The notes under the pieces are model-generated. The model saw only the letters and a list, made by a program, of their open reading frames with translations. It made no database searches and had not been told where the DNA came from. Shown piece by piece: positions 35,878-48,500 of a stretch of DNA of 64,000 bases (the stretch's first letter is position 1; every line of letters begins with the position of its first letter). The stretch is taken from the NCBI GenBank assembly GCA_964016885.1, contig OZ024765.1:1178001-1242000 (forward strand), given 5' to 3'. The DNA is from Eledone cirrhosa (lineage: Eukaryota). A program made the position numbers and the translations under genes.

Positions 35878-36134
35878 CAGCTAAATATATTTGATGGTGT
35901 GAGGTAACTTCAGCCAGGCTTGACCAGACACTATATATTGGTTAGTACAGTTATTTTACTGCGGTGTGGGGGTATTGTCTTGTTTAGCTCTGGGTGTGGG
36001 AAAATTGTGATAGGATGTAAGGACTACGCTGGGGTTGATATAGAATTTCCCCTCCCTGCAGGTTGTTGACCTTGGGGCTGAATTAGAAATTAAGGACCAC
36101 TTCTCATTTGTCTCTCTTGTTATTCTCATTGCAG

Positions 36135-36350
36135 GCTGAAGAGATCAAGTTGGCTACCCAGTTGAAGGGTACGTTGATGCCTATTGTAAACAGGGTGAAG
36201 AAAGACAGACCTCAAGTGCTGACCAAGGACATGAAGAGATTCCGTGCTGTTCACACAATCAAGACTGCACGCAATGACAAACGTATGTTTGGTCGAAGAC
36301 AGAAGATAGCCGAGAGGTTGGCTGCAGAAGAGGAGTCTAAGAAAAAATAG
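36135..36350 (+). CDS. RPL13: RPL13 coding exon 3 of 3
   Basis: AEEIKLATQLKGTLMPIVN...ARNDKRMFGRRQKIAERLAAEEESKKK*. Acceptor TTGCAG ends at 36134. The spliced total is 82+58+71 = 211 aa. Confidence 0.96.
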   Translation, partial: AEEIKLATQLKGTLMPIVNRVKKDRPQVLTKDMKRFRAVHTIKTARNDKRMFGRRQKIAERLAAEEESKKK

Positions 36351-36363
36351 GAAGCTTAGGATT

Positions 36364-36369
36364 AATAAA
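36364..36369 (+). terminator. RPL13 polyadenylation signal
   Basis: AATAAA 13 nt after the stop, followed by a GT/T-rich downstream element (GGTTTGTTGTTTT). Confidence 0.8.
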
Positions 36370-36400
36370 TGTTAACTACTTTAAATGCACTGGTTTGTTG

Positions 36401-36442
<42 letters not shown>

Positions 36443-37748
36443 AATGATCGTGTAGGTGTCATGACAAAAAGTACCCGGTCCACACTAAATATGGTTTGCA
36501 TTAGCAAGGACAGCCGGTTGTGTGGCCAAGATATGATCACTTGACCTGACATTACACACGACAGGACAACTCGTCTAACCTATGTCAGTCTGGGGGATAT
36601 GGACGTTAAATGGTGATGTATGGAGTTGGCTGGACATGCTCACCGAAATTCAGAGTTGACACTGCACTCAATGCTCCTGTGGGAGATCTAGGATAACATT
36701 GATGCCCTAAGGACATGTAGGGCATGGTGGCAATGAGGATCAGAGAACACATCCATGTATATATACTTTCATTTATATATATATATATGGAATAGAATGA
36801 AAGGAAATTTCATTCTCACTCTTAGTACGGCAGTTACTTAAATGTAAGTATGCATGTATGTATACGTACATACATATATGTATACAGACGTACAGTAGTA
36901 TGTATATATATATATATATATATATGCACGTATCGCTTTACCGAACATTTATTATAATGCTTGGTTTGTTTGTAAACAAACAAACAGCCCGAGTTACGCC
37001 GTACAGTGTTTAGGCAACAACGTCAACTTTTTCAACACTGACACAGGAAAGATGATCTAGTTTCAAGCTTATTAGCTATCGTCAGCATCGTATACCTTCC
37101 TGCCAGATGGTTGAACGTCTGAAAGTATATACTTTCCTTTTGCATATTAACGGCTGAGCAGCCTAATTTATATGGCTAAAATAGCATCATAATTGACTAA
37201 TATGGCTAAAACGGCATCATAAATAAAGAAAATGACACTAAAGTTTATATATATGTAAATGTACTTAGTATCAGCACTGGATACTATATGGAATATTATA
37301 TGTAAACTAAACGACTAACACTGATTTCAGAAAAAAATCAGTGTTAGTCGATTAGAAAAATCAACTGGGACCTTAAAGTATCCCTAAAAAATCTCAATTA
37401 ATAATCTGTATAATTGTGAAAGTTATCAAGAAAGCAACTTAGGAAAGTGAAAGGTAAGATTTTATAAAATAGTAAGTTGAATGAGTTGTTTCCCTTACAT
37501 GAAAGACACTAAAACGAAGAGTCTACTGAATGCTAGAAATGGCAGCCACTGAAATATTATTAATAATGATAGTTTTAGTGGTCAAACTACGCTCAAAAAT
37601 GGCCATATTCAACAGTTTAACCTATAATATCTCACTAAACTGATGGAAACCCTCTTCAGCGGTTACTAATACTAGAAATGGCGACTAAATATACCTCAGA
37701 TCACAGAAGCGACAATGGAAGTATTTAGAACAAATTCAATGATATATA

Positions 37749-37966
37749 TATGAGGGTAGGCTGACCAAGAAACTCTCATGGAATGACCAAATGAGGTTTA
37801 TTTTTCAACGTGGAAGATTTCACAGCGCTAGCATCACTCCTTCATAGGCTGACCAAGATACTCTCATGGAATGACCAAATGAGGTTTATATTTCAACATG
37901 CAAGATTTCACAGCCCTAGCATCACTCCTTCATAGTGAGCCTATGAACTTTTAAGCCTACCTTCGT
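37749..37966. mobile_element. Mariner-type MITE with an internal ~90-bp direct duplication
   Basis: TATGAGGGTAGGCT ... AGCCTACCTTCGTA ends; two copies of TAGGCTGACCAAGA.ACTCTCATGGAATGACC.... Confidence 0.65.
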
Positions 37967-38232
37967 ATATGTAAACAATGTATTTATTTAATATACAAAT
38001 AATTACTATGGCTACAGTTTAAAAATACTTTAAATTCAGTTTTTAATTCATGCAACAATTGTGTAAATAAACTGTTAAAGAAATTCAAAATAATTTTTGA
38101 ACCCATTTTCGCGATTAAGTAAAGACGGAGTTATCGTTGAGGAACTGATGTCGCTAAATCGCCAAATCATTTACCTGCCCATGGGAGGGTAATAGCTGCC
38201 TTTTATTTTTTTTTAATCCACAGCAGACTTTA

Positions 38233-39541
38233 GAGTTTTAGTCCTTTAGAAGCCATTTCTATGTTAAATATAGCATATACCCTACTAATACCTTCACAAT
38301 TAATCAATTTCAGTCCTATAGAAGCCATTTCTGTATGATATATTGCATATACACTATTTCCATCAAATTAATGAGTTTTAGTGCGGTAGAAGCCATTTCT
38401 GTATTAAATATTGCATATACACTACTATTTCCATCAAATTAATTAGTTTTAGTGCGGTAGAAGCCATTTCTGTATTAAATATTGTATATATACTACTATT
38501 TCCTTCGAATTAAATAATTCTAGTTCTTTATAAGCCATTTATGTATTGAATATTGCATATACACTATTATTTCCATCAAATTAATGAGTTTTAGTGCGGT
38601 AGAAGCCATTTCGGTATTAGATATTGCATATAAGCGACTATTTCCATCGAATTAAAGAGTTATCTTCATTTAGAGGCCATTTCCGTATTAAATATGGCAT
38701 TTATACCACTAATACCCCTCATATAAATGAATTTTAATCTTGTAGAAGTAATTTCTGTATTAAATATTGCATATACACTACTATTTGATTTGAGTTAAAG
38801 CATTCAACTCCTTTAGAAGCCATTTCTGTATTAAATATTGCATATACACTATTATTTCCATCAGATTAATGAGTTTTAGTGCTGTAGAAGCCATTTCTGT
38901 ATTAAATATTGCATATACACTACTATTTCCATCAAATTAATTAGTTTTAGTGCAATAGAAGCCATTTCGGTAGTAAATATTGCATATAAACGACTATTCC
39001 CATCGAATTAAAGAGTTCTCTTCATTTAGAAGCCATTTCCGTATTAAATATGGCATTTATACCACTAATACCGCTCATATTAATGAGTTTTAGTCTTGTA
39101 GAAGTCATTTCTGTATTAAATATTCCATATATACTAATATTCGATTAAAGTTAAAGCATTCTACTCCTTTAGAAGCCATTTCTGTATTAAATATTGCATA
39201 TACACTACTATTTCCATCATATTAATGAGTTTTAGTGCTGTATAAGCCATTTCTGTATTAAATATTGCATATACACTACTGTTTCCATCAAATTAATGAG
39301 TTTTAGTTCGGTAGGAGCCATTTCTGTATTAAATATGGCATATATACTACTAATACCCCTCATATTAATGAGTTTCCGTCTTGTAGAAGCCATTTCTGTA
39401 TTAAATATTGCATATAATCTTCTAATACCCTCACAATTAATCAATTTCAGTCCTGTAAAAGCCATTACTGTAATAAATATTGCATATACACTACTATTTC
39501 CTTCAAATTAAAGCATTCTAGTTCTTTATAAGCGATTTATG
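38233..39541 (-). repeat. 71-bp satellite (satB), diverged block in reverse orientation
   Basis: AGAAGCCATTTCTGTATTAAATATTGCATATACACTACTATTTCCATC recurs every ~71 bp. It is the reverse complement of the 58413-64000 monomer. Confidence 0.93.
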
Positions 39542-42500
39542 TCATAGTCATTTATGATGCCGTTTTAGCCATTTTGGAGTCATTCTAGTCATTTATGATG
39601 CCGTTTTAGTCATTTATAATGACGTTTTAGCTATTTTAGTCAACTATGATGTCGTTTGAGCCATTTTGGAGTAATTTTAGTCATTTATGATGTCGTGTTA
39701 GCCATTTTAGAGTCGTTTTAGACATTGATGATGCCGTTTTAGTCATTCTAGTCATTTATGATGCCGTTTAGCCAATTTAGTCATTCCTAATGACGTTTTA
39801 GCTATTTTAGAGTCATTTAAGATGCCGTTTAATCCATTTTGGAGTCATTTTAGTCATTTATGATGCCGTTTTAGTAATTTATAAAGACGTTTTAGCTATT
39901 TGAGAGTTATTTTAGTCATTTATGATGCCGTTTTAACCATTTTAGTCATTTATAATGACGTTTTAGTCATATATGATGCTATTTTAGCCATTTTAGACTC
40001 ATTTAATCATTCATAATGCCGTTTTTCCCCATTTTAGTCATTTATGATGCCGGTTTAGCCATTTTGGAGTCATTCTAGTCATTGATGATGCCGTTTTAGC
40101 CATTTTAGTCATTCCTAGTGACGTTTTAGCTATTTTAGAGTCATTTTAGTCATTTATGATGCCGTTTTAGCCATTTTGGAGTCATTCTAGTCATTTATGA
40201 TGCCATTTTAGTCATTTATAATGACGTTTTAGCTATTTAAGAGTCATTTTAGTCATTTATGATGCCGTTTTACCCATTTTAGTCATTTATAATGACGTTT
40301 TAGATATTTAAGAGTCATTTTACTCATTTATGATGCTATTTTAGCCATTCTAGACACATTTGAGTCATTCATAATGCCGTTTTTCCCCCATTTTAGTAAT
40401 TTATAATGACGTTTTTGCCATTTTAGTCATTCCTAGTGACGTTTTAGCTATTTTAGAGACATTTGAGTCATTTAAGATGCCGTTTTAACCATTTTGGAGT
40501 CATCTTAGTCATTTATGATGCCATTTTAGTCATTTATAGTGATGTTTTAGCCATTTTAGTCATTTATGATGTTATTTTAGCCATTTCAGACTCACTTAAT
40601 CCTTCAGATTGCCATTTTTACCCATTTTAGTCATTTATAATGACGTTTTAGCCACTTTAGAGTCATTTTAGCCATTTTGGAGTCATTCTAGTCATTGATG
40701 ATGCCGTTTTAGCCATTTTAGTCATTTATAATGACGTTTTAGCTATTTAAGAGTCATTTTAGTCATTTATGATGACGTGTTAGCCATTTTGGAGTCATTC
40801 TAGTCATTTATGATGTCGTTTTAGCCATTTTAGTCATTCCTAATGATGTTTTAGCTATTTTAGAATCATTTGAGTCATTTAAGATGCCGTTTTAACCATT
40901 TCGGAGTCATTTTAGTCATTGATGATGCGGTTTTAGCCATTTTGGAGTCATTCTAGTTATTTATGATGCCGTTTTAGCCATTTTAGTCATTTATAATGAC
41001 GTTTTAGCCATTTTAGAGTCATTTTAGTCATATATGATGCTATTTTAGCCATTTTAGACTCATTTAATCATTCATAATGCGGTTTTTCCTCATTTTAGTC
41101 TTTTATAATGATGTTTTAGCCACTTTAGAGTCATTTTAGTCATTTATGATGCCGTTTTAGCCATTTTGGAGTCATTTGAGTCATTTATGATGTCGTTTTA
41201 GCCATTTTAGTCATTCCTAATGACGTTTTAGCTATTTAAGATTCATTTTAGTCATTTATGATGCCGTTTTAGCCATTTTGGAGTCATTCTAGTCATTTAT
41301 CATGCCGTTTTAGCCATTTTAGTTATTCCCAATGACGTGTTAGCTATTTTAGAGTCATTTGAGTCATTTAAGATGCCGTTTTAACCATTTTGGAGTCATT
41401 TTAGTCATTTATGATGACGTTTTAGCCATTTTAGTCATTTATAATGACGTTTTAGCTATTTAAGAGTCATTTTAGTCATTTGTGATGCCGTTTTAGCCAT
41501 TTTAGTCATTTATAATGACGTTTTAGCCATTTTAGAGTCATTTTAGTCATATATGATGCTATTTTAGCCATTTTAGACTCATTTAATCATTCATAATGCT
41601 GTTTTTCCCCATTTTAGTCATTTATAATGACGTTTTAGCCACTTTAGAGTCATTTTAGTCATTTATGATGCCATTTTGCAGTCATTCTAGTCATTTATGA
41701 TGCCGTTTTAGTCATTTTTAATGACGTTTTAGCTATTTAAGAGTCATTTTAGTCAATTATGATGCCATTTTAGTCATTTATAATGAGGTTTTAGCCACTT
41801 TAGAGTCATTTTACTCATTTATGATGCTATTTTAACCATTCTAGTCACATTTTAGTCATTTATAATGCCGTTTTAGCCATTTTGGAGTCATTCTAGTCAT
41901 TTATGACGTCGTTTTAGCCATTTTAGTCATTCCTAATGACATTTAACTATTTTAGACTCATTTGAGTCATTTAAGATGCCGTTTTAACCATTTTGGAGTC
42001 ATGTTAGTCATTTATAATGACGTTTTAGCTATTTCAGAGTCACTTTAGTCATTTATGATGCCGTTTTAGTCATTTATAATGACGTTTTAGTTATTTTGGA
42101 GTCTTTTGAGTCATTTATGATGCCGTTTTAGCCATTTTGGTGTCATTCTAGTCATTTATTATGCCGTTTTAGTCATTCCCAATGACGTTTTAGCTATTTT
42201 AGAGTCATTTGAGTAATTTAAGATGCCGTTTTAACCATTTTGTAGTCATTTATGATGCCATTTTAGTTATTAATAATGACGTTTTAGCTATTTTAGAGTC
42301 ATTTGAGTCATTTATGATGCCGTTTTAACCATTTTGGAGTCATGTTAGTCATTTATGATGCCGTTTTAGGCATTTTAGTCATTTATAATGACGTTTTAGC
42401 TATTTCAGAGTCACTTTAGTCATTTATGATGCCGTTTTAGTCATTCCCAATGACGTTTTAGCTATTTTAGAGTCATTTGAGTAATTTAAGATGCCGTTTT

Positions 42501-45500
42501 AACCATTTTGGAGTCATTTTAGTCATTTATGATGCCATTTTAGTTATTAATAATGACGTTTTAGCTATTTTAGAGTCATTTGAGTCATTTAGATGCCGTT
42601 TTAACCATTTTGGAGTCAGTTTAGTCATCTATGATGCCGTTTTAGCCATTTTAATCATTTATAATGACGTTTTAGCCATTTTAGAGTCATTTTAGTCATA
42701 TATGATGCTATTTTAGCCATTTTAGACTCATTTAATCATTCATAATGCCGTTTTCCTTCTATTTTAGTCATTTATAATGACGTTTTAGCCACTTTAGAAT
42801 CATTTTAGTCATTTATGATGCCGTTTTAGCCATTTTGGGGTCATTCTAGTCATTTATGATGCCGTTTTAGCCATTTTAGTCATTAATAATGACGTTTTAG
42901 CTATTTAAGAGTCATTTTATTCAATTATAATGACGTTTTAACCACTTTAGAGTCATTTTACTCATTTATGATGCTATTTTAGCCATTTTGGAGTCATTCT
43001 AGTCATTTATGATGCCGTTTTAGCCATTTCAGTTATTTCTAATGACGTTTTAGCTATTTGAGAGTCATTTTAGTCATTTATGATGCCGTTTTAGCCATTT
43101 TAGTCATTTATAATGACGTTTTAGCTGTTTTAGAGTCATTTGAGTCATTAATGATGCCGTTTGAGCCATTTTGGAGTCATTCTAGTCATTTATGTTGCCG
43201 TTTTAGCCTTTTTAGTCATTTATAATGACGTTTTAGCTGTTTAAGAGTCATTTTAGTTATTTATGATGCAGTTTTAGCCATTTTGGAGTCATTCTAGTCA
43301 TTTATGATGCCGTTTTAGTCATTTATAATGACGTTTTAGCTATTTAAGAGTCATTTTATTCAATTATAATGACGTTTTAACCACTTTAGAGTCATTTTAC
43401 TCATTTATGATGCTATTTTAGCCATTTTGGAGTCATTCTAGTCATTTATGATGCCGTTTTAGCCATTTTAGTTGTTCCTAATGACGTTTTAGCTATTTGA
43501 GAGTCATTTTAGTCATTTATGATGCCGTTTTAGCCATTTTAGTCATTTATAATGACGTTTTAGCTATTTTAGAGTCATTTGAGTCATTTATGATGCCGTT
43601 TGAGCCATTTTGGAGTCATTCTAGTCATTTATGATGCCGTTTTAGCCTTTTTAGTCATTTATAATGACGTTTTAGCTATTTAAGAGTCATTTTATTCAAT
43701 TATAATGTCGTTTTAGCCACTTTAGAGTCATTTTACTCATTTATGATGCTATTTTAGCCATTTTGGAGTCATTCTAGTCATTTATGATGCCTTTTTAGCC
43801 ATTTTAGTTATCCCTAATGACGTTTTAGCTACTTGAGAGTTATTTTAGTCATTTATGATGCGGTTTTAGCCATTTTAGTAATTTATAATGACGTTTTAGC
43901 TATTTTAGAGTCATTTGAGTAATTTAAGATGCCGTTTTAACCATTTTAGTTGTTCCTAATGACGTTTTAGCTATTTGAGAGTCATTTTAGTCATTTATGA
44001 TGCCGTTTTAGCCATTTTAGTCAGTTATAATGACGTTTTATCTATTTTAGAGTCATTTGAGTCATTTATGATGACGTTTGAGCCATTTTGGAGTCATTCT
44101 AGTCATTTATGATGCCGTTTTAGCCTTTTTAGTCATTTATAATGACGTTTTAGCTATTTAAGAGTCATTTTAGTTATTTATGATGCCGTTTTAGCCAGTT
44201 TGGAGTCATTCTAGTCATTTATGATGCCGTTTTAGCCATTTTGGAGTCATTCTAGTCATTTATGATGCCGTTTTAGCCATTTTAGTTGTTCCTAATGACG
44301 TTTTAGCTATTTGAGAGTCATTTTATTCAATTATAATGACGTTTTAGCCACTTTAGAGTCATTTTACTCATTTATGATGCTATTTTAGCCATTTTGGAGT
44401 CATTCTAGTCATTTATGATGCCGTTTTAGCCATTTTAGTTATTTATAATGACGTTTTAGCTATTTAAGAGTCATTTTAGTCATTTATTATGCCGTTTTAG
44501 CCATTTTGGTCATTTATAATGACGTTTTAGCCATTTTAGAATCATTTTAGTCATATATGATGCTATTTTAGCCATTTTAGACTCATTTAATCATTCATAA
44601 TGCTGTTTTTCCCCATTTTAGTCATTTATAATGACGTTTTAGCCACTTTAGAGTCATTTTAGTCATTTATGATGCCATTTTGCAGTCATTCTAGTCATTT
44701 ATGATGCCGTTTTAGCCATTTTAGTCATTTTTAATGACGTTTTAGCTATTTAAGAGTCATTTTAGTCAATTATGATGCCATTTTAGTCATTTATAATGAG
44801 GTTTTAGCCACTTTAGAGTCATTTTACTCATTTATGATGCTATTTTAGCCATTCTAGTCACATTTTAGTCATTTATAATGCCGTTTTAGCCATTTTGGAG
44901 TCATTCTAGTCATTTATGATGTCGTTTTAGTCATTCCTAATGACGTTTTACCTATTTTAGACTCATTTGAGTCATTTAAGATGCCGTTGTAACCATTTTG
45001 GAGTCATGTTAGTCATTTATAATGCCGTTTGAGCCATTTTAGTTATTTATAATGACGTTTTAGCCATTTTGGAGTCATTCTAGTCATTGATGATGCCGTT
45101 TTAGACATTTTAGTCATTCCTAATAACGTTTTAGCTATTTTAGAGTCATTTGAGTCATTTATGATGCCGTTTTAACCATTTTGGAGTCATGTTAGTCATT
45201 TATGATGCCGTTTTAGCCTTTTTAGTCATTTATAATGATGTTTTAGCTATTTTAGAGTCATTTGAGTCATTTATGATGCCGTTTTAGCCATTTTGTAGTC
45301 ATTTTAGTCATTTATGATGCCATTTTAGTTATTAATAATGACGTTTTACCTATCTTAGAGTCATTTGAGTCATTTAGATGCCGTTTTAACCATTTTGGAG
45401 TCAGTTTAGTCATTTATGATGCCGTTTTAGCCATTTTAATCATTTATAATGACGTTTTAGCCATTTTAGAGTCATTTTAGTCATATATGATGCTATTTTA

Positions 45501-48500
45501 GCCATTTTAGACTCATTTAATCATTCATAATGCCGTTTTCCCTCTATTTTAGTCATTTATAATGACGTTTTAGCCACTTTAGAATCATTTTAGTCATTTA
45601 TGATGCCGTTTTAGCCATTTTGGAGTCATTCTAGTCATTTATGATGCCGTTTTAGCCATTTTAGTCATTAATAATGACGTTTTAGCTATTTAAGAGTCAT
45701 TTTATTCAATTATAATGGCGTTTTAACCACTTTAGGGTCATTTTACTCATTTATGATGCTATTTTAGCCATTTTGGAGTCATTCTAGTCATTTATGATGC
45801 CGTTTTAGCCACTTTAGTTATTTCTAATGACGTTTTAGCTATTTGAGAGTCATTTTAGTCATTTATGATGCCGTTTTAACCATTTTAGTCATTTATAATG
45901 ATGTTTTAGCTATTTTAGAGTCATTTGAGTCATTTAAGATGCCGTTTAGACCATTTTGGAGTCATTCTAGTCATTTATGATGCCGTTTTAGCCTTTTTAG
46001 TCATTTATAATGACGTTTTAGCTATTTAAGAGTCATTTTAGTTATTTATGATGCCGTTTGAGCCATTTTGGAGTCATTCTAGTCATTTATGATGCCGTTT
46101 TAGCCATTTTAGTCATTAATAATGACGTTTTAACTATTTAAGAGTCATTTTATTAAATTATAATGACGTTTTAGCCACTTTAGAGTCATTTTACTCATTT
46201 ATGATGCTATTTTAGCCATTTTGGGGTCATTCTAGTCATTTATGATGCCGTTTTAGCCATTTTAGTTATTTCTAATGACGTTTTAGCTATTTGAGAGTCA
46301 TTTTAGTCATTTATGATGCCGTTTTAGCCATTTTACTCATTTATAATGACGTTTTAGCTATTTAAGAGTCATTTGAGTCATTTATGATGCCGTTTGAGCC
46401 ATTTTGGAGTCATTCTAGTCATTTATGATGCCGTTTTAGCCATTTTAGTCATTTATAATGACGTTTTAGCTATTTAAGAGTCATTTTATTCAATTATAAT
46501 GACGTTTTAACCACTTTAGAGTCATTTTACTCATTTATGATGCTATTTTAGCCATTTTGGAGTCATTCTAGTCATTTATGATGCCGTTTTAGCCATTTTA
46601 GTTGTTCCTAATGACGTTTTAGCTATTTGAGAGTCATTTTAGTCATTTATGATGCCGTTTTAGTCATTTATAATGACGTTTAAGCTATTTTAGAGTCATT
46701 TGAGTCATTCATGATGCCGTTTGAGCCATTTTGGAGTCATTCTAGTCATTTATGATGCCGTTTTAGCCATTTTGGAGTCATTCTAGTCATTTATGATGCC
46801 GTTTTAGCCATTTTAGTCATTTATAATGACGTTTTAGCTATTTAAGAGTCATTTTATTCAATTATAATGACGTTTTAGCCACTTTAGAGTCATTTTACTC
46901 ACTTATGATGCTATTTTAGCCATTTTGGAGTCATTCTAGTCATTTATGATGCCGTTTTAGCCATTTTAGTTATTTCTAATGTCATCTTAGCTATTTGAGA
47001 GTCATTTTAGTCATTTATGATGCCGTTTTAGCCATTTTAGTCATTTATAATGACGTGTTAGCTATTTTAGAGTCATTTGAGTCATTTATGATGCCGTTTG
47101 AGCCATTTTGGAGTCATTCTAGTCATTTATGATGCCGTTTTAGCCTTTATAGTCATTTATAATGACGTTTTAGCTATTTAAGAGTCATTTTAGTTATTTA
47201 TGATGCCGTTTTAGCCATTTTGGAGTTATACTAGTCATTTATGATGCCGTTTTAGCCATTTTGGAGTCATTCTAGTCATTTATGATGCCGTTTTAGCCAT
47301 TTTAGTCATTTATAATGACGTTTTAGCTATTTAAGAGTCATTTTATTCAATTATAATGACGTTTTAGCCACTTTAGAGTCATTTTACTCATTTATGATGC
47401 TATTTTAGCCATTTTGGAGTCATTCTAATCATTTATGATGCCGTTTTAGCCATTTTAGTTATTTCTAATGACGTTTTAGCTATTTGAGAGTCAATTTAGT
47501 CATTCATGATGCCGTTTTAGCCATTTTAGTCATTTATAATGACGTTTTAACTATTTTAGAGTCATTTGAGTCATTTATGATGCCGTTTGAGCCATTTTGG
47601 AGTCATTCTAGTCATTTATGATGCCATTTTAGCCTTTTTAGTCATTTATAATGACGTTTTAGCTATTTAAGAGTCATTTTAGTTATTGATGATGGCGTTT
47701 TAGCCATTTTGGAGTCATTCTAGTCATTTATCTTGCCGTTTTAGCCATTTTAGTTATTCCCAATGACGTTTTAGCTATTTTAGAGTCATTTCAGTCATTT
47801 ATGATGCCGTTTGAGCCATTTTGGAGTCATTCTTGTCATTTATGATGCTGTTTTAGCCATTTTTATCATTTATAATGACGTTTTAGCTATTTTAGAGTCA
47901 TTTGAGTCATTTATGATGCCGTTTTAGTCATTTTAGTTATTTCTAATGACGTTTTAGCTATTTGAGAGTCATTTTAGTCATTTATGATGCCGTTTTAGCC
48001 ATTTTAGTCATTTATAATGACGTTTTAGCTATTTAAGAGTCATGTTATTCAATTATAATGTCGTTTTAGCCACTTTAGAGTCATTTTACTCATTTATGAT
48101 GCTATTTTAGCCATTTTGGAGTCATTTTAGTTGTTCCTAATGACGTTTTAGCTATTTGAGAGTCATTTTAGTCATTTATGATGCCATTTTAGCCATTTTA
48201 GTCATTTATAATAACGTTTAAGCTATTTTAGAGTCATTTGAGTCATTTATGATGCCGTTTGAGCCATTTTAGAGTCATTCTAGTCATTTATGATGCGGTT
48301 TTAGCCATTTTGCAGTCATTCTAGTCATTTACGATGCCGTTTTAGCCATTTTAGTCATTTATAATGACGTTTTAGCTATTTAAGAGACATTTTATTTAAT
48401 TATAATGACGTTTTAGCCACTTTAGAGTCATTTTACTCATTTATGATGCTATTTTAGCCATTTTGGAGTCATTCTTGTCATTTATGATGCCGTTTTTAGC

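Noticed and set aside
31504-35995. CRISPR-like repeat/spacer array
   Set aside because: Eukaryotic intron, no cas genes, and the inserts are identical snoRNA cores rather than unique spacers.
36003-36085. Possible seventh, different C/D snoRNA (GTGATAG ... CTGA) near the 3' splice site
   Set aside because: Box C is non-canonical, the terminal stem is only 3-4 A-U pairs, and I recognise no guide complementarity.
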